Shown: positions 37,080 to 48,034, counted from the first letter of the stretch. The stretch: DNA of 64,000 nt from Spirochaetaceae bacterium (GCA_051531975.1 JAOPTT010000001.1:96001-160000); one strand, 5' to 3'. Translations and numbers: made by a program. Notes: generated from the letters alone by a model not told the origin.

Positions 37080-38343
37080 TTAAAAATCTTATTACAAATT
37101 CACTAAAAATAGAGTTAGCCCATGCAAACCACGGTCTTGTAAACTCTTTTGGGTTATTAACATTAACACCTTCGTGGATAAATCCTGTTCCAGCATGAGT
37201 GTTTAATAGAATATCTAATATTTCTTTTTGTTCTTTTTTATCTGTTGAAGTTAACCCCTGTATTGATAATCCTATAGGCCAGAAATAGTCCTCTGGTGTG
37301 TGTGGGCTTCCTACTCCTTTGGCAAAGTTTCCATGGAAATAATATGGGTTACTTTTGCTTAATATAAACCGCCTAGTATTTTTGTATATTGGGTTATTGG
37401 CATCGACATAACCTAGGTATGGAATTGATAATAAACTTGGAACATTTGCATCGTCCATAAGATTATAATTACCTAACCCATCCGTCTCATAGGCGAAGAT
37501 TTCTCCAAATTCTGGGTGATTGTAAATACCATACTTCATGATTCCACTGTCTATCTCTTCTTGTAGTTTCTTTGCTCTATTCGCTAGATCTTCATCTTTA
37601 TAAATCTTTAAACAGATCTCCTGAATATAACCTAAATTTACAGATGCCATCATATTAGCAGGAATAAGGTACCCATATTTGCAAGCATCGTCACTTGGTC
37701 TAAAACCTGACCATGTCATACCTGTATAAGTTACTTCAGTTCCACGCCCACCACAAGGTATAGTATCCGATTCAGGGCAGTTAAATCTCTGAAAAGAGTA
37801 TTTAGAGTCCCTACCATGGTTTTGTTCTGTCTCGAAAGTAATTAAAATGTTTTTTATTGCTTCTAAAAACTCATTTTTAAAGATTGTTGTAGAACCACTC
37901 TCTTTAAAATAGAGATAAGATAACCATATAGGGTAACAGAGGGAGTCGATTTCATATTTCCTCTCCCATACCAGTGGACTTAGTTCTGTTTCATCTTTAT
38001 GACCTTTCCCATTAGGCTCACTGTTAAAAGCGTTGGCATATGGGTCATGGTTTATAAAACCTATCTGCCTAGTTATTAACTTTTCTACTAGCTCCCCAAG
38101 TCCATCTATTTTATTTACATAAGGGATATAGTGCTTAACCTGAGCAGTAGAATCCCTTAGCCACATAGCAGGAATATCCCCTGTTATAATAAACAGTTCA
38201 TCATCCCACTTTACTGTAGTCTCAAGTGTATTTCTAAAACACTGTTTAAGCATTTTTTTTAACTGCTCACTCTCTATCTTGGCACTATGTTCATCTGTGA
38301 CTTTATCAATATTTTTAAGTATGGATTCTAATTTTTTATTCAT
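37057..38343 (-). CDS. GH125 exo-alpha-1,6-mannosidase-like glycosidase
   Basis: ITGDIPAMWLRDS, DPYANAF, WERKYEIDSL, SGFRPSDDAC, MDDANVPSLL, FTRPWFAWAN. Confidence 0.93.
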   Translation of the reverse strand: MNKKLESILKNIDKVTDEHSAKIESEQLKKMLKQCFRNTLETTVKWDDELFIITGDIPAMWLRDSTAQVKHYIPYVNKIDGLGELVEKLITRQIGFINHDPYANAFNSEPNGKGHKDETELSPLVWERKYEIDSLCYPIWLSYLYFKESGSTTIFKNEFLEAIKNILITFETEQNHGRDSKYSFQRFNCPESDTIPCGGRGTEVTYTGMTWSGFRPSDDACKYGYLIPANMMASVNLGYIQEICLKIYKDEDLANRAKKLQEEIDSGIMKYGIYNHPEFGEIFAYETDGLGNYNLMDDANVPSLLSIPYLGYVDANNPIYKNTRRFILSKSNPYYFHGNFAKGVGSPHTPEDYFWPIGLSIQGLTSTDKKEQKEILDILLNTHAGTGFIHEGVNVNNPKEFTRPWFAWANSIFSEFVIRFLSEGETVG

Positions 38344-40231
38344 CAGAGTAAGTTCTCTCTCCTGTATTATAATCTAGATTCAGAAACATATTATCAGCCC
38401 GGAAGTTGATTTTCTCTGCTGGATATTTAGCTTTTGAAAACTTATTGTTATATCTATAATTCCCTTTAAGTTCAACCTTTTTACCATTATATTTCAGATC
38501 ACCTTTCCACTTATAATTAAGCTCTCCATTTCCTGGTGAATCGAAGGTTACATTTAACCTATTAACTGTTAGTTTTGCCTGCTGTATTTTCTGTATAAAG
38601 TTCTGGAATGTTCCCCACTCATCTTTATCACCAGCCTGGCTTATCCATATGTTCTTTTTACCCTGGGCAATTAAATCACAACGTCCATCACCCTCTTCTC
38701 CCCACTGTGTCTCATTTCTAGACCAAAGAGCTAAATAACTATCATCTTTTTGTGTAAATTTCCAATGCCCATCTTCTACTACTTGGTCAAACTCTTTTAA
38801 GGGTAACCATGCGTGGGTATATAGTTCTCGGTTTGTTATATAAAGCCCTGGAGTTGTATTTGTATTATAAATCATTAAAGCACAATTTTTATACTGAACT
38901 ACCCCTGGCTGAGTTCCGGCCCCTGTCCAATAGTTTGGAGTATCATTCTCTACTAATGTTTTAGCCTTACCCGGGTGGGTAACAAAACAAGTTGCATTTC
39001 CACCTAATGTTACCTGCCAAGGACTCTGCTGATCTCCACCATAACCTACTCTGTAGTTTTGGGTTGCTCCCATCTGATAATAAGGTGTTCTGTATGTATA
39101 AATATGAGCAGCACCTCTATAACCCCGGGTAGTATCTTTTTCTACTAATTTAGCAAACGCAGCTAAAAGCCCTGTTGCTTTTAAAAACTTCAAGAAGCCT
39201 CTAAAAGGTTTAAATGGGCTAAAAAATTTATTATCCCACCAGTTATATGCATCTAACAGTTTTAAAAATTTAGCAAAAAATTTAGGGTGCATATAAGCTT
39301 CCCCTGCAACAAACATCATTCCATCTTCAATTCTTTTTATGTCCAGTCCAACATCTTTTGCATCTTCTATATTAAAACCACAAATTTGATTGTTTTCATC
39401 TACCTCTTTTTTATGGTTATGTGCCATTAACTTAATTACCCCTGGCATTTTATAGGTTGAAAAAATTAATGATACTGCACTAAAATTCCCATCTGCAAAT
39501 GTCTCTCCACCAAAAAGAAGTCTGGCAACTGGAGCTGTAGATTCGGTTAAACCGTCCTTTTTTCCACCTTCGTAGGCTCTACCATGGGAACATGCCATTA
39601 TACTATCGTAACTATTTAATGCGATATCAGCTAAAAGCAGGTCCAATACCATTGTAGCTTTTGTTTTTATCTCTTCATCCCCTGCAAAATCTATAAGGTT
39701 TGCTATAGCTGGGAAGTCCTCGTTGTAATAGACATTAGAAAGCCACTCTGAAAACCCTGTTGCAAACCTAATATCTAACCACTTCTTAACCCTAGGAAGA
39801 AACTTTTTTGCCATCTGTGTTCCAGTTAACCCAGAGTTTAAAAATATCCTATCTGGAAACTTCAGGCCTGCTAAATATGCAGCAGATGAAAATAGAATAG
39901 TATGGTTTTCTGACCAGGTACACATATCATCATCCCCAGGTTCATCTGGCCAGTACTTAAAAGCGAGGATAGTATCTACTATCTTCTCTTTCATATATTC
40001 TGGAGTAGAGTCTGAACCAAAAAACTGATAGATCATTCGTATAAATCCAGCAGCATGGAAGTCAGCACAATCTACTCTATCTTCCATCATCTTTAGTCTC
40101 TGATCTAAAGGTTCAATTTTTACAGGTAAACCCATATGTATCCGAACTATTTCGGAAAACGGTCCATCCCCTTTTGCTTCTAAAGACTTTTTTATCCACG
40201 CCTCTTTTCTCTGTTCAAACTCTATATCCAT
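38336..40231 (-). CDS. Uncharacterised 631-aa cytoplasmic protein, candidate carbohydrate-active enzyme
   Basis: Long ORF translationally coupled between SBP and GH125; helical N-half and beta-rich C-half; Trp/His/Tyr motifs. Confidence 0.8.
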   Translation of the reverse strand: MDIEFEQRKEAWIKKSLEAKGDGPFSEIVRIHMGLPVKIEPLDQRLKMMEDRVDCADFHAAGFIRMIYQFFGSDSTPEYMKEKIVDTILAFKYWPDEPGDDDMCTWSENHTILFSSAAYLAGLKFPDRIFLNSGLTGTQMAKKFLPRVKKWLDIRFATGFSEWLSNVYYNEDFPAIANLIDFAGDEEIKTKATMVLDLLLADIALNSYDSIMACSHGRAYEGGKKDGLTESTAPVARLLFGGETFADGNFSAVSLIFSTYKMPGVIKLMAHNHKKEVDENNQICGFNIEDAKDVGLDIKRIEDGMMFVAGEAYMHPKFFAKFLKLLDAYNWWDNKFFSPFKPFRGFLKFLKATGLLAAFAKLVEKDTTRGYRGAAHIYTYRTPYYQMGATQNYRVGYGGDQQSPWQVTLGGNATCFVTHPGKAKTLVENDTPNYWTGAGTQPGVVQYKNCALMIYNTNTTPGLYITNRELYTHAWLPLKEFDQVVEDGHWKFTQKDDSYLALWSRNETQWGEEGDGRCDLIAQGKKNIWISQAGDKDEWGTFQNFIQKIQQAKLTVNRLNVTFDSPGNGELNYKWKGDLKYNGKKVELKGNYRYNNKFSKAKYPAEKINFRADNMFLNLDYNTGERTYSDE

Positions 40232-41754
40232 TAGTTATGCCTTTTGTAGTATGCTGCTTTTTCCTGATCGATAAGGTCGATATTTCGATCTTTTAACTTA
40301 TCCATAAACTCCCCGTAATTATCTTCGAAGTTATCCTCAGTTAATAGTTTAACCCAGTACTTTTCGCAAATTTTAATAAGTCCAGTTCCATGTTTAGCCA
40401 TCATGTCCATTCGTTCCTGATATAGAACCCCAGTGAAACTATCATTAACATGAATCTCTCTTGCTAATTCCTCCATTCCGTTAAAGTCTACCTCTCGACT
40501 TAAAGCACTATAATTAGTATAGGCATCTACATCTTGTGGATAAAAACCTAATAGTCTGAACCAATGATCAAAGTAGGTAAATGTTTTTATGTTATGGTCT
40601 AAATCTATAACTTTAGGTTTACCATCAATTATTTCGTAATGCTCACTCTCTATACCATAGTGCATAATTCTTCTAGTCTCATCTTCCATCATCCAGTTTA
40701 GATATATAACTGCGGCCTCTGGTACTTTAGAGTTGCTAGGAATAAAGTTATATCGATACGCAGGGTCTCCTAAAATTTTTCGGTAGTCACCCTCATCATT
40801 TTGAAAAACCTCAATTGGAAGGTATTCAATTTTTGAACCATTTTTGCCAATAACATAGAGCGCTTCACTACTACTTTGTTTAAAAAGTCGATCAGTCATA
40901 TAATGTACAAAACCAACCTGCCCATTTACGATCTTTTTATTATTTTCTGCTTCGTTCATAGTAGCAAACTCTATATCTAATAATTCCATATCATTTAAGT
41001 CTCTCATCCATAACATAAACTCTTTAAAACCTTCACGATGTGGATATGTAAGGGACATATTTTGTTCTGGGTCGTGTTTAAAAAATGAGTACATAACATC
41101 AAACTGTTTAAAATCCGTATCAAATACAGTTCCTGGATCTGGAGCTAAATGCCCCCAAGGAATAACATTTTCTGAACCTATTCCACCTGGATCTTTTTGT
41201 TTAAAAGCGAGTAAAACTTCTAAAAGCTCATCTCTATTTGTTGGAACATCCATACCTAAAATATCTAGCCAATCCTTTCTAATAAGGGACGTGTTTTTAG
41301 CTCTGCTTTTTGTTTTAGCTGGAATAGCGTAAAGATTACCATCTAAAACACCATAAGAGAAAAGTTCTTTATCTATATTCTGTTTTAATAAGGGGCCATA
41401 CTCATCTATATAGGGATTAATATTGTAAAGCCCTCCATCCGCAGCATATTTGGAAAATAGAAGTCTACTATGGGTATTAACAACATCTGGAGCAGTTCCT
41501 GTAGCCATCATTATAGTTGCATTAACTAAAGACCCACCTTTTGAAACATACTCTAACTTAATACCCTTTTTTAACATCTCAGCTTGTGCGTATCTAGTCC
41601 ATCTGTTATCAGTTAAAGTACCCTCTGATTCAGGGACTGCTGCGACATTGTTAACCATAACCCTTAAAATGGTATTTCCATCGGCATCTGTAGCCTCTTT
41701 ACATGAACTTAAAGTCACAAGTAAAACAATAATAAACAGTAATAACTTCTTCAT
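40231..41754 (-). CDS. Family-1 sugar-binding lipoprotein
   Basis: Lipobox LSSC, LIRKDWLDILG, KDPGG, HYGIE. Confidence 0.9.
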   Translation of the reverse strand: MKKLLLFIIVLLVTLSSCKEATDADGNTILRVMVNNVAAVPESEGTLTDNRWTRYAQAEMLKKGIKLEYVSKGGSLVNATIMMATGTAPDVVNTHSRLLFSKYAADGGLYNINPYIDEYGPLLKQNIDKELFSYGVLDGNLYAIPAKTKSRAKNTSLIRKDWLDILGMDVPTNRDELLEVLLAFKQKDPGGIGSENVIPWGHLAPDPGTVFDTDFKQFDVMYSFFKHDPEQNMSLTYPHREGFKEFMLWMRDLNDMELLDIEFATMNEAENNKKIVNGQVGFVHYMTDRLFKQSSSEALYVIGKNGSKIEYLPIEVFQNDEGDYRKILGDPAYRYNFIPSNSKVPEAAVIYLNWMMEDETRRIMHYGIESEHYEIIDGKPKVIDLDHNIKTFTYFDHWFRLLGFYPQDVDAYTNYSALSREVDFNGMEELAREIHVNDSFTGVLYQERMDMMAKHGTGLIKICEKYWVKLLTEDNFEDNYGEFMDKLKDRNIDLIDQEKAAYYKRHN

Positions 41755-41757
41755 AAT

Positions 41758-42621
41758 CTACTCCTTAACAGACCCTAGTAGGGCACCCTGTGTAAAATAT
41801 TTTTGTAAAAATGGAAATATAATTAGAACTGGCAGTATAACAAAAAATACCGATGCCGATTTAATTGATTCTACAGGAGGATTCGTCCCCATTGATGCAA
41901 AAATACCTGTATCTTGTCCATCAAGTAATCTATATAACATAAGTTGTAGAGGAAACTTTTCAGGGGTACTCATATATATAAGTGCGGGCATATATACATT
42001 CCAGTTTCCCATACCATAAAATAGTCCAAGTGTTGCGATCATAGGTGCAGCTAGTGGTAAAATAATCTTGAATAGGATAAGTATTTCCGGACACCCATCC
42101 ATTCTAGCAGACTCAATCAGACTAGGAGGCAGTCCCTGAAAGTATGTTTTCATTAAAATAAGATTAAAAGTACTTACAGTTCCAGGTAAAACCAGAGCCC
42201 AGACTGTATCTAAAATACCTAACGACCGGACAACAAGGAAAAGAGGAATAAGCCCACCACTAAAAAACATTGTGACTATAATTAATAACCAGATGAATTT
42301 TTTACCTACTAAGTCTTTTTGAGCCAGTGGATATGCACCCATAGCTGTAATAACAACGTTAATAATAGTACCTAAAACAGTTAGAAATATAGTATACATT
42401 AAGGAATTCATCATGGTCTGACTTTTAAAAACAGCGTCGTAACCTGCTAGCTGAAAGTCCACAGGTAGAAGTTTTATTTTTCCAGCTACAATAGCAGTTT
42501 CACTACTAAAAGATCGGGCTAAAACATGAACCATTGGAACCAGGCAAACTATAGTTGTTAAAATTAAAACCACTACGACTACAAAATCTAATACTGGTGC
42601 TTCTTTTTTTTCTAAACTCAC
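41758..42621 (-). CDS. Carbohydrate ABC permease (LplC-like)
   Basis: MFFSGGLIP, SLIESARMDG, FPFLQKYFTQGALLGSVKE. Confidence 0.93.
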   Translation of the reverse strand: MSLEKKEAPVLDFVVVVVLILTTIVCLVPMVHVLARSFSSETAIVAGKIKLLPVDFQLAGYDAVFKSQTMMNSLMYTIFLTVLGTIINVVITAMGAYPLAQKDLVGKKFIWLLIIVTMFFSGGLIPLFLVVRSLGILDTVWALVLPGTVSTFNLILMKTYFQGLPPSLIESARMDGCPEILILFKIILPLAAPMIATLGLFYGMGNWNVYMPALIYMSTPEKFPLQLMLYRLLDGQDTGIFASMGTNPPVESIKSASVFFVILPVLIIFPFLQKYFTQGALLGSVKE

Positions 42622-43580
42622 AGTATCCCCTCCCCTTTTACTCTAACACTCATCCAGTTAGAGAATAGTAGAAATAGTAGATTAACAATTGATTGGAACA
42701 GGCCAACCGCGGCAGCATAGGAGTAGTCTATATTCAGAAGTCCAACCCTATAAACATATGTACTAATAACATCTGAAACATCCATAACCATTGGATTACC
42801 TAAAAGAAAGGGTCGATCAAAACCAATAGCAATTAAACTACCTAAGGATAGAAGCATTACTACAATAATTGTAGATGTAATACCAGGCAGGGTTATATGA
42901 ACTATTCTCTGCCATCTAGATGCCCCATCAATTTTAGCTGCAGCATACAAGTCAGGATTAATAGCACTTAGGGCTGCTAAGAATATAATTGTTCCCCAAC
43001 CTACATCTTTCCAAACACCTGAGAACTGATAGATTATTACCCACCAGGCTTTATTACTCATAAAGTAGATAGGATCTCCACCAAACATGGTTATTATACT
43101 ATTTATAAGCCCTGTAGACGGTGAAAACAGGATATTAATTAAACCTGCAACAATTACCCAGGATAGGAAATGAGGCAAAAATATAATACCTTGAACAGTC
43201 CGTTTAAAAACTACAGACCGTAATTCGTTTAACAGAAGAGCCACAATAATTGGGGCTGGAAAAGCAATTATAAAACCAAGAATATTTAGGAATAGAGTAT
43301 TCCTAAGTACTATTAAAAACTCATCGTTTAAAAACATAAGTTTAAAATTTTCAAGACCTACCCAGGGGGAAGCCATTAAACCTGCAAAGATATTATAATC
43401 TTTAAAAGCCATTGTAATTCCATACATGGGAATGTAGTGAAAAACTATGTAGTACAGAACTAACGGTAGAAGCAAAAGGTACAGTGCCCTATCTCTACGA
43501 ATCTGTTTCAGCCTGTTTTTTTTAGCCAATTGAAACTCCTTTTTATATTGTTGATAATCCACAATATTACGGGTTTTCAT
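42618..43580 (-). CDS. Carbohydrate ABC permease (LplB-like)
   Basis: SPWVGLENF, FLPHFLSWV, LYAAAKIDGASRW, DVISTYVYRVG. Confidence 0.93.
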   Translation of the reverse strand: MKTRNIVDYQQYKKEFQLAKKNRLKQIRRDRALYLLLLPLVLYYIVFHYIPMYGITMAFKDYNIFAGLMASPWVGLENFKLMFLNDEFLIVLRNTLFLNILGFIIAFPAPIIVALLLNELRSVVFKRTVQGIIFLPHFLSWVIVAGLINILFSPSTGLINSIITMFGGDPIYFMSNKAWWVIIYQFSGVWKDVGWGTIIFLAALSAINPDLYAAAKIDGASRWQRIVHITLPGITSTIIVVMLLSLGSLIAIGFDRPFLLGNPMVMDVSDVISTYVYRVGLLNIDYSYAAAVGLFQSIVNLLFLLFSNWMSVRVKGEGIL

Positions 43581-43629
43581 AAATCAACAAGCTTCATTTT
43601 GTTCTATTTAGTTCAGTTTGTTCCTAATA

Positions 43630-45825
43630 TCACTCTATTAGAGATTTTCTAACACGAATTCGATACTCAGATGGATTACAACCAATAATTTTATTAAAAT
43701 TCCTATTTAACCGGGATGTATTTAAATATCCAACAGCCTTAGACACTTCGCTAATGCCCATATTACTATCCCTTAACAGGTCTCTAGCTTTTTCTATCCG
43801 TATAGAGTGTATATATTCAAGAAATGTAAAACCAAATAGGGTACTGAATATTTTTCTTAGATATGAATAACTAATACCCATCCAATCTGCTATATGCTCT
43901 AAAGATATATCTTTATGGTAGTTCTCACTAATATATTCCTGGATCATCATTCTATACTTGGTCTCTTTTGGATCTTTTTTAGCTTCGGTGTTTAATAAAT
44001 TAATTACAAATGAATTTAACCAGTTCTCCGCCTCTTTAAGGCTTCTATCATGGATTAAGAAGTCTCGGTAGCAGTTACTGCTTACATCTATATTGTCACT
44101 ACCTAATGCTCTTACTATACCTGATATAAGGGAGAGAATGGACATCTCAACATACTCTCGCTCGGATATACCATCTATAGATATCTCCTCTATAAATTCA
44201 GAAATTAGTTTAGGAACCCTAGATCTATCCCCCTGCTTAAGAACCTGAACAAGCCCAGTCTCTATTGCCCACGGATAATTTCTACGGCCCTGTTCATGGG
44301 TGAGAACTTCCTTATGAAATATTATTTCCTCACTTTTATCTGGAATTGTTTTATCCAGTAAATTCATGGCTTCTGAAAATGAGTCTTTAACGTCCTCTAT
44401 AGAGTCATAAAGTCCACCAACAACAACCAACGGCTCCATAGAAAGTGATGATTCAAGAAATTTTCTGGTTTTTAATAAGGACTCTTCTATCTGCCCTATA
44501 CTGTTACCACAAATTAGTAGTGTTATACGTTCCAAGTCCAATGGAGCACCTAGAATTCGAACATCTTTTACCTTTGTTGATTCATAAGCTCCTACAGCAA
44601 TAGCCTGTGCAGGTCCTGTGTCTAATACAGAGATATTTGAACCCTTAGGCAAAAGAAGGACAACAGCACTACAGTATAGACAACTATTTAATGGATCTTT
44701 ATCTCTGTTTAATCTATTTATAATCTCAGAATGTTCTACATGGTCTCCAAGGATAAGCTTTTTAAGAAGACTCTCTTTTATAGCCAAACTATTTTGCTCT
44801 AATACACCCTTTAAACCCATCTGTTCCTGGGTTATTTTTAAGAACATATCCCCAATAAATGAGATTTCACTACCGTTATCAGGTACAGTTCCAGCTCCAT
44901 CTTCTATAATTTCGATAATATTTTCTATAGGTGTATATAACCTATTAGATACATAAACCGAAAAGAATAGACCTAGAAAGATAAGTACTCCAGTCATTAA
45001 TATTACTATAAAAATAGTCCTATATATAAAAGAGTTATAGAGTGAGGAAGGAACTCTTAAAACATACTCCCAGCCAGCTTCTGATTTCTGCCTAAAATAG
45101 ATATAACCACTTTCCGATAATGGGGTCTGCTTAAGATATGTCCCTGCGATATAAGTTCCTTCATCGTTATAAACAAAAAACTCTATCTGCTGACTTAAAC
45201 TAATAGTTTTTATCCACTCGTTTAAAGTTCCAATGTCTATATTTATGACAAAGTATCCATCCACTTCGGTTAAAAAACCACTAGTACTAATTATTCTAGT
45301 TAAAACGTTGAAGCCTGAAACAGATCTTGGGGAGAGCTCCATAACACCTACATCCACAACCATATTATCCGCCCATAAACGATCAGAATAAGTCTCAAAT
45401 GAGGAAGCTTCCTTCTCTGATGTTAGAATAAATTCTTTTTGGGAATTTAGAAAATATATAGAATTAATAAATTTAGATGTCTGTTTTATTGTGCTAAAAA
45501 GATCCCATGTAGTGTAAATAAGTTCAATTGATTCAAAGTCTGAAATATTATCCTTTTTTATACCATCTAGTTCAAAATTAGCTGATGCCAATACAAGTGT
45601 ATTTAAAGCCTCGTTTATATCCTCTAGGTGTAGTTCAAAGTCTGTTTCAAGTTGTAGTAGTCTAGCATTGTAGGTTTCATTTAACTGATTCCCTATATAG
45701 TTATTAAAATAGTTAATTGATAAGGCACCAATAACAAGAACAGGTAAAATACTTAGACCTAATAAAATTAATAATAGGTAGAAGTTATTTTTACGAAGTT
45801 TACGTGGATTTTTAATAATACTCAT
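43630..45825 (-). CDS. Membrane-anchored AraC regulator with sensor domain
   Basis: Two TM segments; C-terminal AraC HTH (ARDLLRDSNMGISEVSKAVGY...PSEYR). Confidence 0.9.
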   Translation of the reverse strand: MSIIKNPRKLRKNNFYLLLILLGLSILPVLVIGALSINYFNNYIGNQLNETYNARLLQLETDFELHLEDINEALNTLVLASANFELDGIKKDNISDFESIELIYTTWDLFSTIKQTSKFINSIYFLNSQKEFILTSEKEASSFETYSDRLWADNMVVDVGVMELSPRSVSGFNVLTRIISTSGFLTEVDGYFVINIDIGTLNEWIKTISLSQQIEFFVYNDEGTYIAGTYLKQTPLSESGYIYFRQKSEAGWEYVLRVPSSLYNSFIYRTIFIVILMTGVLIFLGLFFSVYVSNRLYTPIENIIEIIEDGAGTVPDNGSEISFIGDMFLKITQEQMGLKGVLEQNSLAIKESLLKKLILGDHVEHSEIINRLNRDKDPLNSCLYCSAVVLLLPKGSNISVLDTGPAQAIAVGAYESTKVKDVRILGAPLDLERITLLICGNSIGQIEESLLKTRKFLESSLSMEPLVVVGGLYDSIEDVKDSFSEAMNLLDKTIPDKSEEIIFHKEVLTHEQGRRNYPWAIETGLVQVLKQGDRSRVPKLISEFIEEISIDGISEREYVEMSILSLISGIVRALGSDNIDVSSNCYRDFLIHDRSLKEAENWLNSFVINLLNTEAKKDPKETKYRMMIQEYISENYHKDISLEHIADWMGISYSYLRKIFSTLFGFTFLEYIHSIRIEKARDLLRDSNMGISEVSKAVGYLNTSRLNRNFNKIIGCNPSEYRIRVRKSLIE

Positions 45826-46664
45826 CTATAGTCCTTATTTAAACTCAGTGTTTGTTGTCTGTATTTTTTTGGAGAAACACCATAAAGATTCGTGAATCCC
45901 CTGCTAAAGGAGTATACAGATGAAAACCCACACAAATCTGCTATTTCTGTAATAGACAGTTCAGATAGTCTAAGTTTAATAGCGGCGCTATTCATCTTTA
46001 TCTCCCTTACATAAACACCTATGGAGGTCCCCATATTATCTCTAAAAATAGTTCTAATTCTACTATTAGAATAGGAACAGAAAGTTGCTATTTTAGAGAC
46101 AGATATATCCTCACCTTTATGCTCATGAATATATTTTTGGATTTTTAATATCAGGTTCATCTGCTCATCTTTAACAGTAACAGATTGAATATTACTATCC
46201 AGTAGAAGTGGGTACTCTTCTAATAGTATCATTAAATAAGGTACAATCCAGGAACCTGTTCCTACTTTATTGTAACGATTAATTATAGAATCGATATAAG
46301 CCAAAATTGACTTCGATGCCATTTTTACACTGTTATGTTTAAAATTATTTTTTATATTATTCCAATCAAAACTTAAAAAGATCCATTTAATAGGTCTATT
46401 TTCATCGTATAAAAAACGAAATGTTTGCCAAGGGTGAATTAGCAAAACACAGTGTGCTGGAATATAAAAGATTTGGTCATCCAGTAAAATACGACAACTT
46501 CCCTCTAGGCTCATAATTATATTATATCTACTATGATGATGAATGTTTTTATTATCCAGAGCAATACGTTCTAACCGAGTATATAGTAGGACGTTTTCTG
46601 GAAGAGTTCCCTGCCAGGATTCTCCTGAGAAATAATCAATTGGATCTATTAAAGGTATCTCCAT
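45822..46664 (-). CDS. AraC-family regulator (cupin + HTH)
   Basis: HHHSRY cupin; ITEIADLCGFSSVYSFSRGF..GVSPKKYR. Confidence 0.92.
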   Translation of the reverse strand: MEIPLIDPIDYFSGESWQGTLPENVLLYTRLERIALDNKNIHHHSRYNIIMSLEGSCRILLDDQIFYIPAHCVLLIHPWQTFRFLYDENRPIKWIFLSFDWNNIKNNFKHNSVKMASKSILAYIDSIINRYNKVGTGSWIVPYLMILLEEYPLLLDSNIQSVTVKDEQMNLILKIQKYIHEHKGEDISVSKIATFCSYSNSRIRTIFRDNMGTSIGVYVREIKMNSAAIKLRLSELSITEIADLCGFSSVYSFSRGFTNLYGVSPKKYRQQTLSLNKDYR

Positions 46665-46745
46665 ATATTCATTTTAGTCGAAATTGATAAAAACTCAAGC
46701 AAAAGTGCTATTGTTTTATCAAAATAACAGATTTAAACTTTTATC
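46665..46745. promoter_or_regulatory. Divergent promoters, both apparently leaderless
   Basis: Plus strand: TTGTTT-17-TAAACT-6-ATG(46746). Minus strand: TTGAGT-16-TAAAAT-6-ATG(46664). No Shine-Dalgarno before either start. Confidence 0.55.
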
Positions 46746-48011
46746 ATGAAAAACAATACTAATCAAAAAATAAAGGTTGCAGTTATTGGAGCAGGTGGTC
46801 GAGGCACTTATGCATATGCTCCATATGTCTTAGACAATCCAGATAAGATGTTAATAAGTGCAGTTGCAGAACCTAATGAATTCCGAAGAAAAAAGTTTGC
46901 CCAGATGTATAACATACCAAAAGAGAACCAGTTTGAATCCTGGGAACCACTTCTAGAATCCCATAAGTGTGATGCAGTTATAATTGCAAACCAAGATGCT
47001 GGGCACTTTGGTCCTTTAATAAAAGCCATGGATTTGCAATTAGCCATTCTTTTGGAAAAACCTGTTTCAAACAACCGTGGGGAAGTCAAAGAACTATTAG
47101 AAAAAATAGGAACATATGATAAACCTCTACTTATTTGCCATGTACTACGGTATACATCGTTTTTTATGGAAATTAAAAAACTCCTAACAAATGGTGTCAT
47201 AGGAGAATTAATCAGCATTCAGCATAACGAAAATGTTGGGCATTTTCATCAGGCACATAGTTTTGTCCGAGGGCATTGGAGAAAAAAACAGGGATCTTCT
47301 CCTATGATTTTAGCAAAATGTTGTCATGATCTGGATATTTTAAACTGGTTGAACGAAGGTGAGTGTAAAAAAATTAGCTCATTTGGTTCTTTAACTCATT
47401 TTAAAAAAGAGATGGCACCCCAGGGAGCACCACATAGATGTCTAGATGGTTGCCCTATCCAGGAAACTTGCCCTTATTCAGCATATAGATATATGGAGGA
47501 ACCAGAAAATAGTCCAGTTACCATGAACTTTGCACAGATAGCCAAAGATCATGCAGAGACAGATGATTTAGAATATGCTCTGAAAAATGGCCCTTATGGT
47601 CGGTGTGTTTATTATTGTGATAACGATGTTGTTGATAATCAGACTGTAATAATGGAGTACGAAGGTGGTAAAACAGTATCCCTTATAATGAGTGCTTTTA
47701 ATAATGTCATGACTAGAACCATGAAACTCATGGGTGTTAACGGAGAGATCCGTGGTAATATGGAAAAGAATGAGATTGAAATTACAGATTTCAGAACTGG
47801 TAAAATCGAGACAATATTACTGGACTCTACTAGTGCTGGGCATGGTGGTGGAGACATGGGGATAATGGAAGAATTCAGATCACAGATTATTAACCCAGAT
47901 ATTAAATCTATGCAAAAAAGTAATAGAGAGGGGCTACTTGGGCACCTTATGGCCTTTGCAGCAGAGGAATCTAGATTAACCAACAGAGTTATTACAGATT
48001 CAGAATTTTAG
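46746..48011 (+). CDS. Gfo/Idh/MocA NAD(P)-dependent oxidoreductase
   Basis: IGAGGRG, LLEKP, CHVLRY, HSFVRG.W, LAKCCHDLD, GHGGGD. Confidence 0.93.
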   Translation: MKNNTNQKIKVAVIGAGGRGTYAYAPYVLDNPDKMLISAVAEPNEFRRKKFAQMYNIPKENQFESWEPLLESHKCDAVIIANQDAGHFGPLIKAMDLQLAILLEKPVSNNRGEVKELLEKIGTYDKPLLICHVLRYTSFFMEIKKLLTNGVIGELISIQHNENVGHFHQAHSFVRGHWRKKQGSSPMILAKCCHDLDILNWLNEGECKKISSFGSLTHFKKEMAPQGAPHRCLDGCPIQETCPYSAYRYMEEPENSPVTMNFAQIAKDHAETDDLEYALKNGPYGRCVYYCDNDVVDNQTVIMEYEGGKTVSLIMSAFNNVMTRTMKLMGVNGEIRGNMEKNEIEITDFRTGKIETILLDSTSAGHGGGDMGIMEEFRSQIINPDIKSMQKSNREGLLGHLMAFAAEESRLTNRVITDSEF

Positions 48012-48034
48012 TAAATAATTAAGGAGAGATATTA

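Noticed and set aside
33096..43580. Missing ATPase genes in both carbohydrate ABC systems
   Set aside because: Ordinary: CUT1 importers commonly share an MsmK/MalK-type ATPase encoded elsewhere.
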